DNA from: Euryarchaeota archaeon UBA561
Lineage (GTDB): Archaea; Thermoplasmatota; Poseidoniia; Poseidoniales; Poseidoniaceae
Reading direction: 5' to 3'
NCBI GenBank assembly: GCA_002502295.1
Contig: DANX01000042.1
Coordinates: 6,721-42,016 of the forward strand
DNA length: 35,296 nucleotides
Shown: positions 17,636 through 26,856 of the stretch, piece after piece
How positions within the stretch are numbered: position 1 is the first letter of the stretch
Layout of the letters: each line of letters begins with the position of its first letter
Position numbers and translations under genes: made by a program
Notes under the pieces: generated by a model
What the model was told of the DNA's origin: nothing
Databases searched by the model: none
What the model saw: only the letters and a program-made list of their open reading frames with translations

Positions 17636-18580
17636 ATGGCCGATGCTCCCCTGCTGCCACACGACCGTGGGCATGAATTGTGGACCATGGAAGAGGGGCC
17701 AAGCCGAAAACTCATGGCAAGCATTGACCGATGGGTCAGTGCCATGGTTGGTGATGATGGAATTGACATGCCCCTCTCAGGGAGTAGCCCGGCCATTGAA
17801 GCCACGATCTTTGCTCGTCAGGATGGGTTAGTGGTTGGGTGTGCGGTCGTTGATTACCTGCTGCAAATATGGGCGCCTTCCGTTCGAGTTTCATGGTTTG
17901 CAGGGGATGGAAAACGCGTGTCATCGGGGGATGAAATCGCCGTCTTCACCGGTTCAAAGGACGATGTCCTCGCTGTAGAGCGCTTAGCGCTCAATGCATT
18001 GGGTCAACTATCAGGCATTGCGACCGAAACCAAACGCTGGTCTTCCATCGCACCGAAACAAATTGCTTGCACGCGCAAGACGATTTGGGGGCTGCTGGAC
18101 AAATGGGCAGTTCACATGGGTGGTGGGCTAACGCACCGTTTATCGAAAGAGGATGCTGTGATGATCAAAGAAAACGATCTTGCCAGCATGCACGACCACC
18201 TCGAATCGCATGTTGAACGGCTCGTGACCTATCTGCAAGACGTTGATCCCAGCGAAGTGGGAGCGTTCCTTGAGGTCGAAACTCGAACCGAAAAGGAAGC
18301 GATGATGGCGGCCATGGTCTGGTCTCAACGACGGGAGCAACAGGACATGGACCGTCTTGTGGTCATGCTGGACAATTTTACACCTGAGCAGTGCAAAACA
18401 GTGAGCGAACAGATGGAGGAGCAAGGCATACGGAACCACGTTGTCCTTGAGGCCAGCGGTGGCATTGTGTTTGATGAACTCAAATCATGGCACGAGTGCG
18501 GGTTGGACGTCGTGTCCACCAGCGTGGTGAACCGAGGGGTACGCCCTCTCGACATGAGCATGCTCGTCAACGGCATGTGA
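17636..18580 (+). CDS. nadC: Quinolinate phosphoribosyltransferase
   Basis: ERLALN..LSGIAT, CTRKT, GGGLTHR, MLDNF, EASGGI. Confidence 0.88.
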   Translation: MADAPLLPHDRGHELWTMEEGPSRKLMASIDRWVSAMVGDDGIDMPLSGSSPAIEATIFARQDGLVVGCAVVDYLLQIWAPSVRVSWFAGDGKRVSSGDEIAVFTGSKDDVLAVERLALNALGQLSGIATETKRWSSIAPKQIACTRKTIWGLLDKWAVHMGGGLTHRLSKEDAVMIKENDLASMHDHLESHVERLVTYLQDVDPSEVGAFLEVETRTEKEAMMAAMVWSQRREQQDMDRLVVMLDNFTPEQCKTVSEQMEEQGIRNHVVLEASGGIVFDELKSWHECGLDVVSTSVVNRGVRPLDMSMLVNGM

Positions 18581-18589
18581 GGCGATACC

Positions 18590-19339
18590 ATGGACGACAT
18601 TGCGGCCGACCCAAGTCATCCACGTTATGCCTCGTTGTTGATGCGCCATCGGCTTGAGGTTGCCGCAAAAAAAGGGATGTTGGCGGCGAGTGCGATGATC
18701 GCTCACGGGCGTGGAGAGGCGTTCGATTATCTCCTCGGTGAGCGAACAACTGCAAGCGCCCAAAGGGCCATTCGTCAAGCGCTTGCTTCGCTGCAATCCG
18801 CCAAGAAGCCGGTGTTGAGCATCAACGGAAACGTAGCTGCTTTGGCATGCGATGAAATGTTGCGATTGGCCGACGCATTATCCTGTGCCGTTGAAGTGAA
18901 TATTTTCTACCGTACCCCAGAACGAATGAAAGCGATTCTCGCTCACATGAACGAACGCAAAACCGTGTTGGGTGTTGATGTACCCGTTCTTGGGCACGCA
19001 CCAGATGCTCAAATTCCTGGGTTGAAAGGTCCACGCGCTGCGTGTCACAGCGACGGTATCCTCGAGAGCGACACCATTCTCGTTCCCCTTGAGGACGGCG
19101 ACCGATGCCAGGCCCTCGTCGCCATGGGCAAAGAGGTCATTGTCATCGATCTCAACCCCCTCTCCAGATCGGCCCAACAAGCAACCATCACCATCGTTGA
19201 CGAGTTATCGCGGGCGCTGAATAGCATGCTCACCCTTGTTGAGGTTGAAGGAGAAATTGAAGCTGACCCTGATTACGACCACGAAGCTGTGCTCGGAGAA
19301 GGGTTGAGTGAGATGCTCAACACGATGAAGGACTCGTGA
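18590..19339 (+). CDS. Archaeal phosphopantothenate synthetase (COG1701)
   Basis: HPRYxSL, IAHGRGEAFDYLLGE, SINGN, EVNIFYRT, VPLEDGDR, IDLNPLSR. Confidence 0.92.
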   Translation: MDDIAADPSHPRYASLLMRHRLEVAAKKGMLAASAMIAHGRGEAFDYLLGERTTASAQRAIRQALASLQSAKKPVLSINGNVAALACDEMLRLADALSCAVEVNIFYRTPERMKAILAHMNERKTVLGVDVPVLGHAPDAQIPGLKGPRAACHSDGILESDTILVPLEDGDRCQALVAMGKEVIVIDLNPLSRSAQQATITIVDELSRALNSMLTLVEVEGEIEADPDYDHEAVLGEGLSEMLNTMKDS

Positions 19340-19340
19340 C

Positions 19341-20522
19341 TCAACGTTCCTTGAGTTTGTCAGCCAATCGATTTGCGATGCTTATCCCGACCTCTGAACA
19401 GGACGCTGTTCCGCCAATGTCGTAGGTAAGGGAAGTGCCGTCTTTGAGGTGGTCTCCCACGCTTTCGTCAATCAAGCGGCCGATAGCAACAAGGTCGTCA
19501 TCGTTGGTCTTTCGTCCGAGGTAATCCATCATCATCTGGATTGAGTTAATGGAAGCGATGGGGTTGACTTTGTTTTGACCTGCATGCTTGGGTGCCGAAC
19601 CATGAACTGGCTCAAAGAAGGCATGGTCATCGCCAACGTTTCCAGAGGCAGCCATGCCCATCCCGCCTTGAAGGACAGCTCCAAGATCGGTGGAAATGTC
19701 TCCAAACATGTTCGAGGTGACCACCGTGTCGTAATGTTCGGGAGAACGTGTTATCCACTGCATGAACGCATCGATGTATCCGTAATCTGCTTCTGTTTCA
19801 GGGTAGTGAGCGGAGACTTCATCAAAAGTAGAACGGAACAATTGGCAACCTCGAGTGACGTTTGATTTGTCAATGCATGAAACACGTCGAACGCCGTCAA
19901 CGGGTGCTCCATTGCGCGTTTCAGCGATTTCAAAACCCATGCGAATCAGCCGTTCTGAACCGCTTTTTGAAATTGGACGTGGATCGTAGGCAACCTCGCC
20001 ATCAAGGCCAGGGAAGGTCATCGGTTCGGGCTCATATTCAGGACGCCCTTGGGCACGATCGGCAGAACGACGCAAAAGCGCATGGTACAATCCCTCGGTG
20101 TTTTCGCGCAGAATGGTCATGTCGACCATGCCGGGCTCCCAAATTTGGCGGAAGCCGCCATGGATTTTGTGTGGCACGCCTTCGTAGAGTTTTATCGGGC
20201 GAACGTTGGCGTACAAATCCAATCCACTTCGAAGGCCAAGAATCACCGATCCACCTGCCAAATCCCCGTTTGGAAGCCGGGCGCCGGGGTAGCCAATCGC
20301 CCCAAGGAAAATGGCATCGGTTTCGTTCTTGCAGAAATCAAATGACCCTTCAGCCCATTCTTCACCCGTGGCACGATAGTGCTCTCCTCCACATGGAATC
20401 ACTGTTTGCTCAAACCCGTGATTTGAGTGGGCTTGAATGGTGTCCAAGATGCGTTGCGCCTCCAGAGCAACTTCTCGCCCTGTCCCGTCGCCTGGAAGAA
20501 CCGTGATGCGATGGTCACTCAT
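19341..20522 (-). CDS. Isocitrate/isopropylmalate dehydrogenase family protein
   Basis: LPGDGTGxEV, LDLYANVRP, RENTEGLY, DKSNV, NMFGDIxTD, FEPVHGSAP. Substrate cannot be determined by eye. Start set at 20522. Confidence 0.9.
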   Translation of the reverse strand: MSDHRITVLPGDGTGREVALEAQRILDTIQAHSNHGFEQTVIPCGGEHYRATGEEWAEGSFDFCKNETDAIFLGAIGYPGARLPNGDLAGGSVILGLRSGLDLYANVRPIKLYEGVPHKIHGGFRQIWEPGMVDMTILRENTEGLYHALLRRSADRAQGRPEYEPEPMTFPGLDGEVAYDPRPISKSGSERLIRMGFEIAETRNGAPVDGVRRVSCIDKSNVTRGCQLFRSTFDEVSAHYPETEADYGYIDAFMQWITRSPEHYDTVVTSNMFGDISTDLGAVLQGGMGMAASGNVGDDHAFFEPVHGSAPKHAGQNKVNPIASINSIQMMMDYLGRKTNDDDLVAIGRLIDESVGDHLKDGTSLTYDIGGTASCSEVGISIANRLADKLKER

Positions 20523-20697
20523 GCACTGGCGCACATGACGCTTCTACATGAACACGACCCCCGTAAAATGAAGAAACCCGATTTGGATTGGCGGGTGGAA
20601 ACACCATCTGCATAGGGCATTTTTCCACCACAAATTTGCCTGCAAATGTGAAAGAGCAAGGGGATGTTTCATAGGCTGTCAAGTGGGAAGAATATCC

Positions 20698-21348
20698 ATG
20701 GCAGACGAGCACAAAAACGAGCAGGAACGCCGTGTCTCGGCCGATGAGATGCCTCTTGAGGTTCGCCAGCTCGCCGACGCCATGCTTGGCGTGAATCCGC
20801 AATGGAACGTTCATGATTGGTTGATTGAGCAAGCGAACATGTCGATGGACCTCCTCGCCCTCGATTTGCTTCGTGAGAAGGTCATGATCGACCAGCGATT
20901 GCAGCGTCTGGATGACCTCGGACGCCGTCTTGAAACCGACGAACAAAACGAACAACGTGAGGAAGACCCAAATCAGCGTAACCTGTTCGATTGTTTCGAT
21001 TTAAACGAAGACCACGCCCTTCGCGGCCTGGGAGAGCGTGCGACCATCTCGGATGGCCCTGCCTCGCTCACCGAGGAAGATCAACATCCGTCCAATATCT
21101 TCCTCGACCTGTTGCCCAACGCCAACACCGACGACCCTTTGCTGGCGATTGCATGTCAATCGGTGATCATCGGCATCGAACTCGAGGTAGCAAAAGGTGA
21201 GGCCGTCGCCACCCTGAAGGCTATTTTTGCCCACACTCGCGCCTCAAACATTGAAGATTGTGAAACGGACGAAGCCTTGGATCACCTTTTGACCACGGGC
21301 ATGGTCATTGAAGTGGATGATGACTGCTTCATTTTGCTTCCTCAATAA
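20698..21348 (+). CDS. Uncharacterised acidic protein with coiled coil and probable C-terminal winged helix
   Basis: C-terminal 'DEALDHLLTTGMVIEVDDDCFILL' fits a helix-G-beta-hairpin wing. Confidence 0.65.
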   Translation: MADEHKNEQERRVSADEMPLEVRQLADAMLGVNPQWNVHDWLIEQANMSMDLLALDLLREKVMIDQRLQRLDDLGRRLETDEQNEQREEDPNQRNLFDCFDLNEDHALRGLGERATISDGPASLTEEDQHPSNIFLDLLPNANTDDPLLAIACQSVIIGIELEVAKGEAVATLKAIFAHTRASNIEDCETDEALDHLLTTGMVIEVDDDCFILLPQ

Positions 21349-21406
21349 CGGGGCCCCGGAGCAATCCCAGCGACCGACTTTATGGTGCGGAAACGTATGA
21401 GTTTGT

Positions 21407-22015
21407 ATGGGAATAGTAAGATCAATTTTCTGGGGAAGCGTGGCGTGGTTTACCGCAACAGCGATGATGGTGCATCCGGAAATGGCGTTGGGTATGGCAG
21501 TCGTCGTCGCCTTTTTGTCGGAGTCTGCTCACCACAGTGCTGAATTAAATCGCATGGAACGGAGTGGGCGGGACGTTGCTTCGGAGCTACGACAAGCGAA
21601 TGAGCACGTTGAAAATTTACAACGCGCCCTGACCCGTCGCCACATGGAATTAAACAATGCGATCGAAGAACTCCAACGGCGTGATGCGGTCGGAAGTCCT
21701 GCTGCGCGAGAATTGCTAAAACGCCAAGAGGAAGCCATGACGACCGCCTCCAACGCGCTCGAGGCGAGGCATGAGCGAAACGACGTGGTGTTTGACAGCA
21801 TGGAACGTTTGTTGAACATGCAGGTTGAGCAAACGGCTAACATGCAACGGGCGATGAGCGATCTCATTCAACACCTCATTTCACAACCCCGTGGTCATTT
21901 CACGATGAGTGACAGTGTCCTCGTTCAGGAACGGGGCACGAACGAACACAGCCTCTCCGAAACGTTTGACGCGGTCAACGAATGGTTGGCAAGTGAAGCG
22001 GTATCTTCACCATGA
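21407..22015 (+). CDS. Uncharacterised membrane-anchored coiled-coil protein
   Basis: Hydrophobic N-terminus followed by long heptad-like E/R/Q/L helices. Confidence 0.7.
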   Translation: MGIVRSIFWGSVAWFTATAMMVHPEMALGMAVVVAFLSESAHHSAELNRMERSGRDVASELRQANEHVENLQRALTRRHMELNNAIEELQRRDAVGSPAARELLKRQEEAMTTASNALEARHERNDVVFDSMERLLNMQVEQTANMQRAMSDLIQHLISQPRGHFTMSDSVLVQERGTNEHSLSETFDAVNEWLASEAVSSP

Positions 22016-22034
22016 GAACGGTGCTGCGTCGGGT

Positions 22035-22346
22035 ATGGGAAGCAAAAAGGAAGGCGCCCAGCGAATTCTTGACGCTCAAGCTTCTTCGCACCGGGTAAAG
22101 AAGCGAGTGCTGCCAGTCGCTGGGGCAATTCTTCTCATCGGCCTCGTTGTTGCCTTCCTGTCTCGATGGGAATTTGGCCTTGCAACGGTCTTGATCTGTG
22201 GGCTATTGTTGCAATACGCCGTTGAGCGAATGAACACGCTCCTCGAAGCAAGCGTCGCCAACGGACTCAAGGACATGGGGTGGGACCACCCCGGCGAATT
22301 CGATGAAGAAACCCTGAAGAAAATCAGAACCATTGCGGAAAAATAG
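22035..22346 (+). CDS. Small 2-TM membrane protein
   Basis: Hydrophobic hairpin. Start set at ATG 22035 to avoid overlap. Confidence 0.65.
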   Translation: MGSKKEGAQRILDAQASSHRVKKRVLPVAGAILLIGLVVAFLSRWEFGLATVLICGLLLQYAVERMNTLLEASVANGLKDMGWDHPGEFDEETLKKIRTIAEK

Positions 22347-22356
22347 GTGAGCGACC

Positions 22357-23073
22357 GTGTCAAGAAACAAAGAATTGGTGAAACAATTCTTCGAGCATGA
22401 GCGGAAAAAACACCGCCGCACGATCGTGCTTCTCTGGATAGTGGTCGGAGTAGCAGACATGGCGGCCATCGCCGCGTGGTTGGTGGGGGTTGATTTCAAT
22501 TTCATCGCCATAGGCTTAACGGTCATGGTTGGATGTTCGTTCATGCTGCTCTGGTGGATATCGCACAACAAAAGAACCCTGCAAGACCGACTGGGGCGGT
22601 TACTCAACACCATCGAATTCAGTTGGGATGAATTGCACGGATTGGACCTCAATGACGGTGAAGCTGACCACCTGCACACCGCCTTCAGCACGACCGCCAT
22701 TGGGCGCATCACAACCAATGAATCCTATCTCCGAACACGAGGATTTGACGAAAAAGGGCCGGCCTTTGGAGACCCAGAGGCGGACATCGAAACGAACGGT
22801 CAACGCGTGGATTCCTCAGTGCACGAGGGAGATTATGAGGGCTTGGAAGGTGAACTTGGTGTAGCTGAGCAACTCGTTGAAGAGGCCAATCAGCAGTATG
22901 CCGACGAAGCACAGCGTCAATGGGACATCGCTGAAGCACGGGACATGGACAACGTCGAAGCGGGCGTTGACCGATTGGGCGATTTGGTGGCAACAGGCTG
23001 GTTTGAACGAAACGCCAAAGATGGAGCCGTTGAAGAACTGATGAATTCGCATCTGAGAGATGACTCCCCATAA
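22357..23073 (+). CDS. 2-TM membrane protein with acidic C-terminal domain
   Basis: AGGTGA before GTG, a hydrophobic hairpin and a D/E-rich tail. Confidence 0.7.
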   Translation: MSRNKELVKQFFEHERKKHRRTIVLLWIVVGVADMAAIAAWLVGVDFNFIAIGLTVMVGCSFMLLWWISHNKRTLQDRLGRLLNTIEFSWDELHGLDLNDGEADHLHTAFSTTAIGRITTNESYLRTRGFDEKGPAFGDPEADIETNGQRVDSSVHEGDYEGLEGELGVAEQLVEEANQQYADEAQRQWDIAEARDMDNVEAGVDRLGDLVATGWFERNAKDGAVEELMNSHLRDDSP

Positions 23074-23108
23074 GCATCTTCTAAAGCCGCCTCCCGGCAC
23101 TTGGGCAC

Positions 23109-23855
23109 ATGACGGTCAAAGCCATCCTCGTTGCAGGAGGGTACGGTTCTCGCCTTCATCCATTTACCCATTACACACAAAAAACGCTCCTCCCCCTGTA
23201 CGAGCGACCTGTCATTGACTACGCCCTAGGAACCATCCGTCGTGCGGGCATCAAGGACATCACCATCATCTCAAATCAATTTGTTGGCCAAATCGCCAAG
23301 CACGTTGGCCAAGGTCTCCAAGATGAGCGGATTCACTACGTTATTGAAGAGGAACCTTTGGGCGTCGCTCACGCCTTGAATCTGGCGCGTCCTTACAACG
23401 AAGACGCTCGACTGATGGTGTACTTTTCTGACAACATCACAACCCTTGAATTCAGCAAGCAGGTTGAGGTTTTTGAGCAGGCTGAAAAAGCCCCGGGTTG
23501 CCTCATTATCGCCCGCGAAGAGCCAAATCCCCAAGCCTTCGGGGTGGCAGTCTTTGACGATGAGGGAACCATATGTGACATCGTCGAAAAACCGGACTCA
23601 CCTCCTTCAAATCTCGCCATCGGCGGCATTTACATGTTCGATGAACATTTTTGGGACCATCTTGACAGTGCGGTCAAACAGAAGGGTGATGCCTTTTCGA
23701 TTTCAGACATCACGCGAAGGTATGTCAAAGCGGGTCAAGCAGAGGTGCTCTCGGTCGGTGCAGAGACATGGGTCGACTGTGGAACTCCTGATGCGCTTCT
23801 GCAGGCATCGCAGATGGCAAAGGATGGGAAATTGGATCCCACGCCACACCGTTAG
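23109..23855 (+). CDS. Sugar-phosphate nucleotidyltransferase (glucose-1-P thymidylyltransferase-like)
   Basis: ILVAGGYGSRLHPFT, LLPLY.RPVI, FGVA, EKP, WVDCGT. Confidence 0.88.
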   Translation: MTVKAILVAGGYGSRLHPFTHYTQKTLLPLYERPVIDYALGTIRRAGIKDITIISNQFVGQIAKHVGQGLQDERIHYVIEEEPLGVAHALNLARPYNEDARLMVYFSDNITTLEFSKQVEVFEQAEKAPGCLIIAREEPNPQAFGVAVFDDEGTICDIVEKPDSPPSNLAIGGIYMFDEHFWDHLDSAVKQKGDAFSISDITRRYVKAGQAEVLSVGAETWVDCGTPDALLQASQMAKDGKLDPTPHR

Positions 23856-23861
23856 ATAGGA

Positions 23862-24695
23862 GTGAAGGACATGAAAATTGGAATCATCGGAGCGGGCATG
23901 GTTGGAGGGGCGATTGAACACTGCTTTGCTGACGCCCACGAATTATTCGTTCACGATCCGGCAAGAGGAACCGAATTGAGCCACGTCATCGATAACGTGG
24001 ACATGGCGTACATCGCCGTTCCGACACCCCCAAACCCCGAAACGGGTGCGTGTGATACCCGCATCGTTGAGGAAGTGCTCGATGCCTTGCCAGAAGGGTT
24101 TACCGCCGTCATCAAAAGCACCGTCGTTCCAGGAACGACACAACAGTACCACGAACGCTATGCCCATCTCAACATCGCGTATTCACCCGAATTTTTGGTT
24201 GAACGGCGCCGATTGGAAGATTTTGCCAATCAGGATATTTTGGTCGTTGGCACCCATCACAACGCCGTTGCACAAACGGTGTTTCAGCAACACAAGGAAG
24301 CCGGTGTCCTCCGGAAGGAACAACTCTTCCAAGTCACGCCCACGCAAGCGGAATTGGTGAAGTACACCAAGAACACATTCTACGCCCTTAAAGTGATATT
24401 TGCCAATCAAATGTACGACATCTGCGAGGGAATGGGCGAAGATTGGTATGCGATTCGGGACATCATTACCGCCGACCAGGCGCAACCAATAGGCCCATCC
24501 CATCTGGACCCCATTTTCGGACTGCATCGAGGATTCGGAGGGAAGTGCCTCCCAAAGGACAGTTCAGCACTGGGTGTTCTCGCTGCGGAGTTGGGCGTGA
24601 AGTATGCTTTCATGGACGCCATGCAGACCGACAATCAAGCGCTCCGAGGGATGTTAACTGGAAAACCCAGTGACGTGGTGACCAATGACGACTGA
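23862..24695 (+). CDS. UDP-glucose/GDP-mannose dehydrogenase family, short form
   Basis: [42 protein letters not shown]. Start is 23862 or 23871. Confidence 0.85.
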   Translation: MKDMKIGIIGAGMVGGAIEHCFADAHELFVHDPARGTELSHVIDNVDMAYIAVPTPPNPETGACDTRIVEEVLDALPEGFTAVIKSTVVPGTTQQYHERYAHLNIAYSPEFLVERRRLEDFANQDILVVGTHHNAVAQTVFQQHKEAGVLRKEQLFQVTPTQAELVKYTKNTFYALKVIFANQMYDICEGMGEDWYAIRDIITADQAQPIGPSHLDPIFGLHRGFGGKCLPKDSSALGVLAAELGVKYAFMDAMQTDNQALRGMLTGKPSDVVTNDD

Positions 24696-25137
24696 TACGT
24701 GGGCTTGGCTCGATAGCCGAGTACCTCGTGGTTCAATCGTCCGATTTAGCCTAGCGGGAGGGTTCAACAGTTTCGTTTTCTATGTGTTTTGGGCAGCCCT
24801 CGTTGCTCTGCTGACCAGTGTCGATGTCCGAATCCTATGGGGAATCTGCTGGGGAGTCACCGGAGTTCTCGCTCATTTTGTTCACCGATGGTTTACCTTT
24901 GACGACAGAAAGTCGGTGAGATGGACCCTCTCCACCGCCGTTCCAGTGTACGTCGCAAGTCTGGTTGGGTCGAGCATTAGCATTGGTTGGCTTTCCATCA
25001 CGTATGCAACCGATGTTCGGCTCATGGGGTTGCTGAATCTTCTTGCTTGGGGGCTGATTGTGTGGTTGTTAATGCGCCTCTTTGTGTTCCAATATTCAAC
25101 TACAGAGCATGCGTCTCAAGAACATCAAACGGTATGA
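24685..25137 (+). CDS. GtrA-family membrane protein
   Basis: RFSLAGGFN, four TM segments, HRWFTF, RLFVF. Confidence 0.8.
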   Translation: MTTDTWAWLDSRVPRGSIVRFSLAGGFNSFVFYVFWAALVALLTSVDVRILWGICWGVTGVLAHFVHRWFTFDDRKSVRWTLSTAVPVYVASLVGSSISIGWLSITYATDVRLMGLLNLLAWGLIVWLLMRLFVFQYSTTEHASQEHQTV

Positions 25138-25462
25138 CGTCCAATGCCCGTCGATGGGTCGCTTCCAAATCAACGGGGCAGGCTTTTCCTGCGTTTACGG
25201 CGAGGAGCCATGTACGTGCACAGACACACCAAGAATCTCCTGCCTTGAGACCGGGGAAGTTGAATTGAGGCGCCGGCGTAATGAGGTCGTTGCCTCTATC
25301 CCGGGCAAAGTGAAGAAAGTCCTCGGTGAGCACACAGCAAACGGTGTGAGAGCCATGATCGTTGTCGTCAGTGTTGCAACAGCCATCTCGGTACCATCCC
25401 GTCAGCGGTTCTTGTGAGCACGACTGAAGTTCGGTACCTAGGACGTTCACACTGGGATCCAT
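25100..25462 (-). CDS. DUF2237 family protein
   Basis: NVLG, TGWYRDGCC, HTVC, GNDLITP, FPGLKxGDxWCVC, LEATH. Confidence 0.9.
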   Translation of the reverse strand: MDPSVNVLGTELQSCSQEPLTGWYRDGCCNTDDNDHGSHTVCCVLTEDFLHFARDRGNDLITPAPQFNFPGLKAGDSWCVCARTWLLAVNAGKACPVDLEATHRRALDVIPFDVLETHAL

Positions 25463-25509
25463 GCAGCAAGGAGTACACGTTGCCCTATGAACGCTTGTTC
25501 ACGAAGCCC

Positions 25510-25839
25510 TCACCTGCGGAAGATGTTCGTAAAACGGTTCCACAAACCCGTGTGTTCCGGCGGCGATGCTCGACCGAGTAACACATCAAGTTCGCCCGAT
25601 CGGTCAAGATTGACCAAGTCATCAAATCCTCCCACCGCTTGACCGTTGATGATGATCTGTGGAACGGTCCGCGCCCCTCCCGTCACTCGAGCGAATGCGC
25701 GCTGTACGTCTGGCGTGGATTTCAATCGGCGTTCCTTGTATGTGACCCGTTTTGAATCAAGCAGACGTTTGGCTTGAACACAAGCGCCGCAGCCTCGGTT
25801 TGTCCAAACAATGACCGATGAATCATCGCCTTGAACCAT
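25510..25839 (-). CDS. Glutaredoxin (GrxC-like)
   Basis: CGAC, TVPQI, VGGFDDL. Start set at ATG 25839. Confidence 0.88.
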   Translation of the reverse strand: MVQGDDSSVIVWTNRGCGACVQAKRLLDSKRVTYKERRLKSTPDVQRAFARVTGGARTVPQIIINGQAVGGFDDLVNLDRSGELDVLLGRASPPEHTGLWNRFTNIFRR

Positions 25840-25934
25840 GGACTTCGGAGGGATGAATCGGGTTTCAAGATTGGGGTCCGCAGGGGGGTTTTGTCCGCTG
25901 GGTTCATTGGGAAGAAGCGCGCAAAGCCCCCCTA

Positions 25935-26366
25935 ATGCTACCCGACACGGTCCACAAACTCCCCCGAGAAGAACGGTTTGCCTATGCACGACTGCTGGCC
26001 TACATGGCACGAATTGACAACGAGCTCACCGTTGACGAAATGGCCATGTTTGAACAACGCCTCGGAACAGCGCTGCTCTCACCAGGGCAACGTGAATCCA
26101 TCCGGGCTGCTTTGAAGAACCCTCCAAGTCTTGAGGAGTGCCTAGCAGAATTGTCCGGAGAAGCGGGTCGCCTCGCTTTGCGGGACGCCGTGATGATGGC
26201 GGCAGCCGACGGAACCGTCGACGAAGATGAACGCGATGCGCTGGAAGACATCTCAGAGCATCTGGGGCTTCGTGAAGAGGCGGTTGAGGAACTCCTCAAC
26301 TGGACCGTTGAGGGCTACAAATGGATGAAACAAGGATACGAACTTCTTGACACGCTTGAGGAATGA
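25935..26366 (+). CDS. TerB-family protein (copy 1)
   Basis: MARIDNELTVDE and AAADGTVDEDE acidic motifs in an all-helical protein. Confidence 0.8.
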   Translation: MLPDTVHKLPREERFAYARLLAYMARIDNELTVDEMAMFEQRLGTALLSPGQRESIRAALKNPPSLEECLAELSGEAGRLALRDAVMMAAADGTVDEDERDALEDISEHLGLREEAVEELLNWTVEGYKWMKQGYELLDTLEE

Positions 26367-26372
26367 GTCTGT

Positions 26373-26795
26373 ATGTTCCCCGATGGTTTGATCCATCGCT
26401 CCCCGCAAGAACGCGTCCGATACGCCGAAATTTTAGTCTTCATCGCAGCGGCAGACGGGGCATTGGTACGCGAAGAAATTGCCATGATTGAAGCCATGAT
26501 GGGGCGCGCGATGATCCACCCTGAATCAAGGATCAAAGTCCGCGGAGGATTCGAACAACCCATCCCGCTTGAGCAGTCACTGGCCGACCTTGATCCAGCG
26601 CTTGCTCAAATCATTCTCAGAGACGCTGCGCTGGTAGCAGCCGTTGACGGCGATTACGATCGAAAAGAATTGACGGCCCTTCGTAAGATTGCCAAAGCCG
26701 CTGATGTTAACCCCAAACAACTCTCGCAGTTGCTCGATTGGGTGACTGAAGGTTGGCATTGGTTTGAGCAAGTAAGCGATTTTCTGGGGAAGTAA
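26373..26795 (+). CDS. TerB-family protein (copy 2)
   Basis: AAADGALVREE and AAVDGDYDRKE. Shares LRDA and LLxWxxEGxxW with copy 1. Confidence 0.8.
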   Translation: MFPDGLIHRSPQERVRYAEILVFIAAADGALVREEIAMIEAMMGRAMIHPESRIKVRGGFEQPIPLEQSLADLDPALAQIILRDAALVAAVDGDYDRKELTALRKIAKAADVNPKQLSQLLDWVTEGWHWFEQVSDFLGK

Positions 26796-26856
26796 CGGGC
26801 CTTTTTCATCCGTTCGTTGAGAGACATCTTCAAAGAGAGAAAGCCGTCCCGTCGGT

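Noticed and set aside
25840-26010. Long N-terminal extensions in the ORF track (grx; also galU 31797-31991, gcvH 29895-30008, asparaginase 1511-1591)
   Set aside because: They overlap neighbouring genes and lack domain character, so they are start-call artefacts. The fumarase extension differs: it overlaps nothing and has a TATA-like box upstream.
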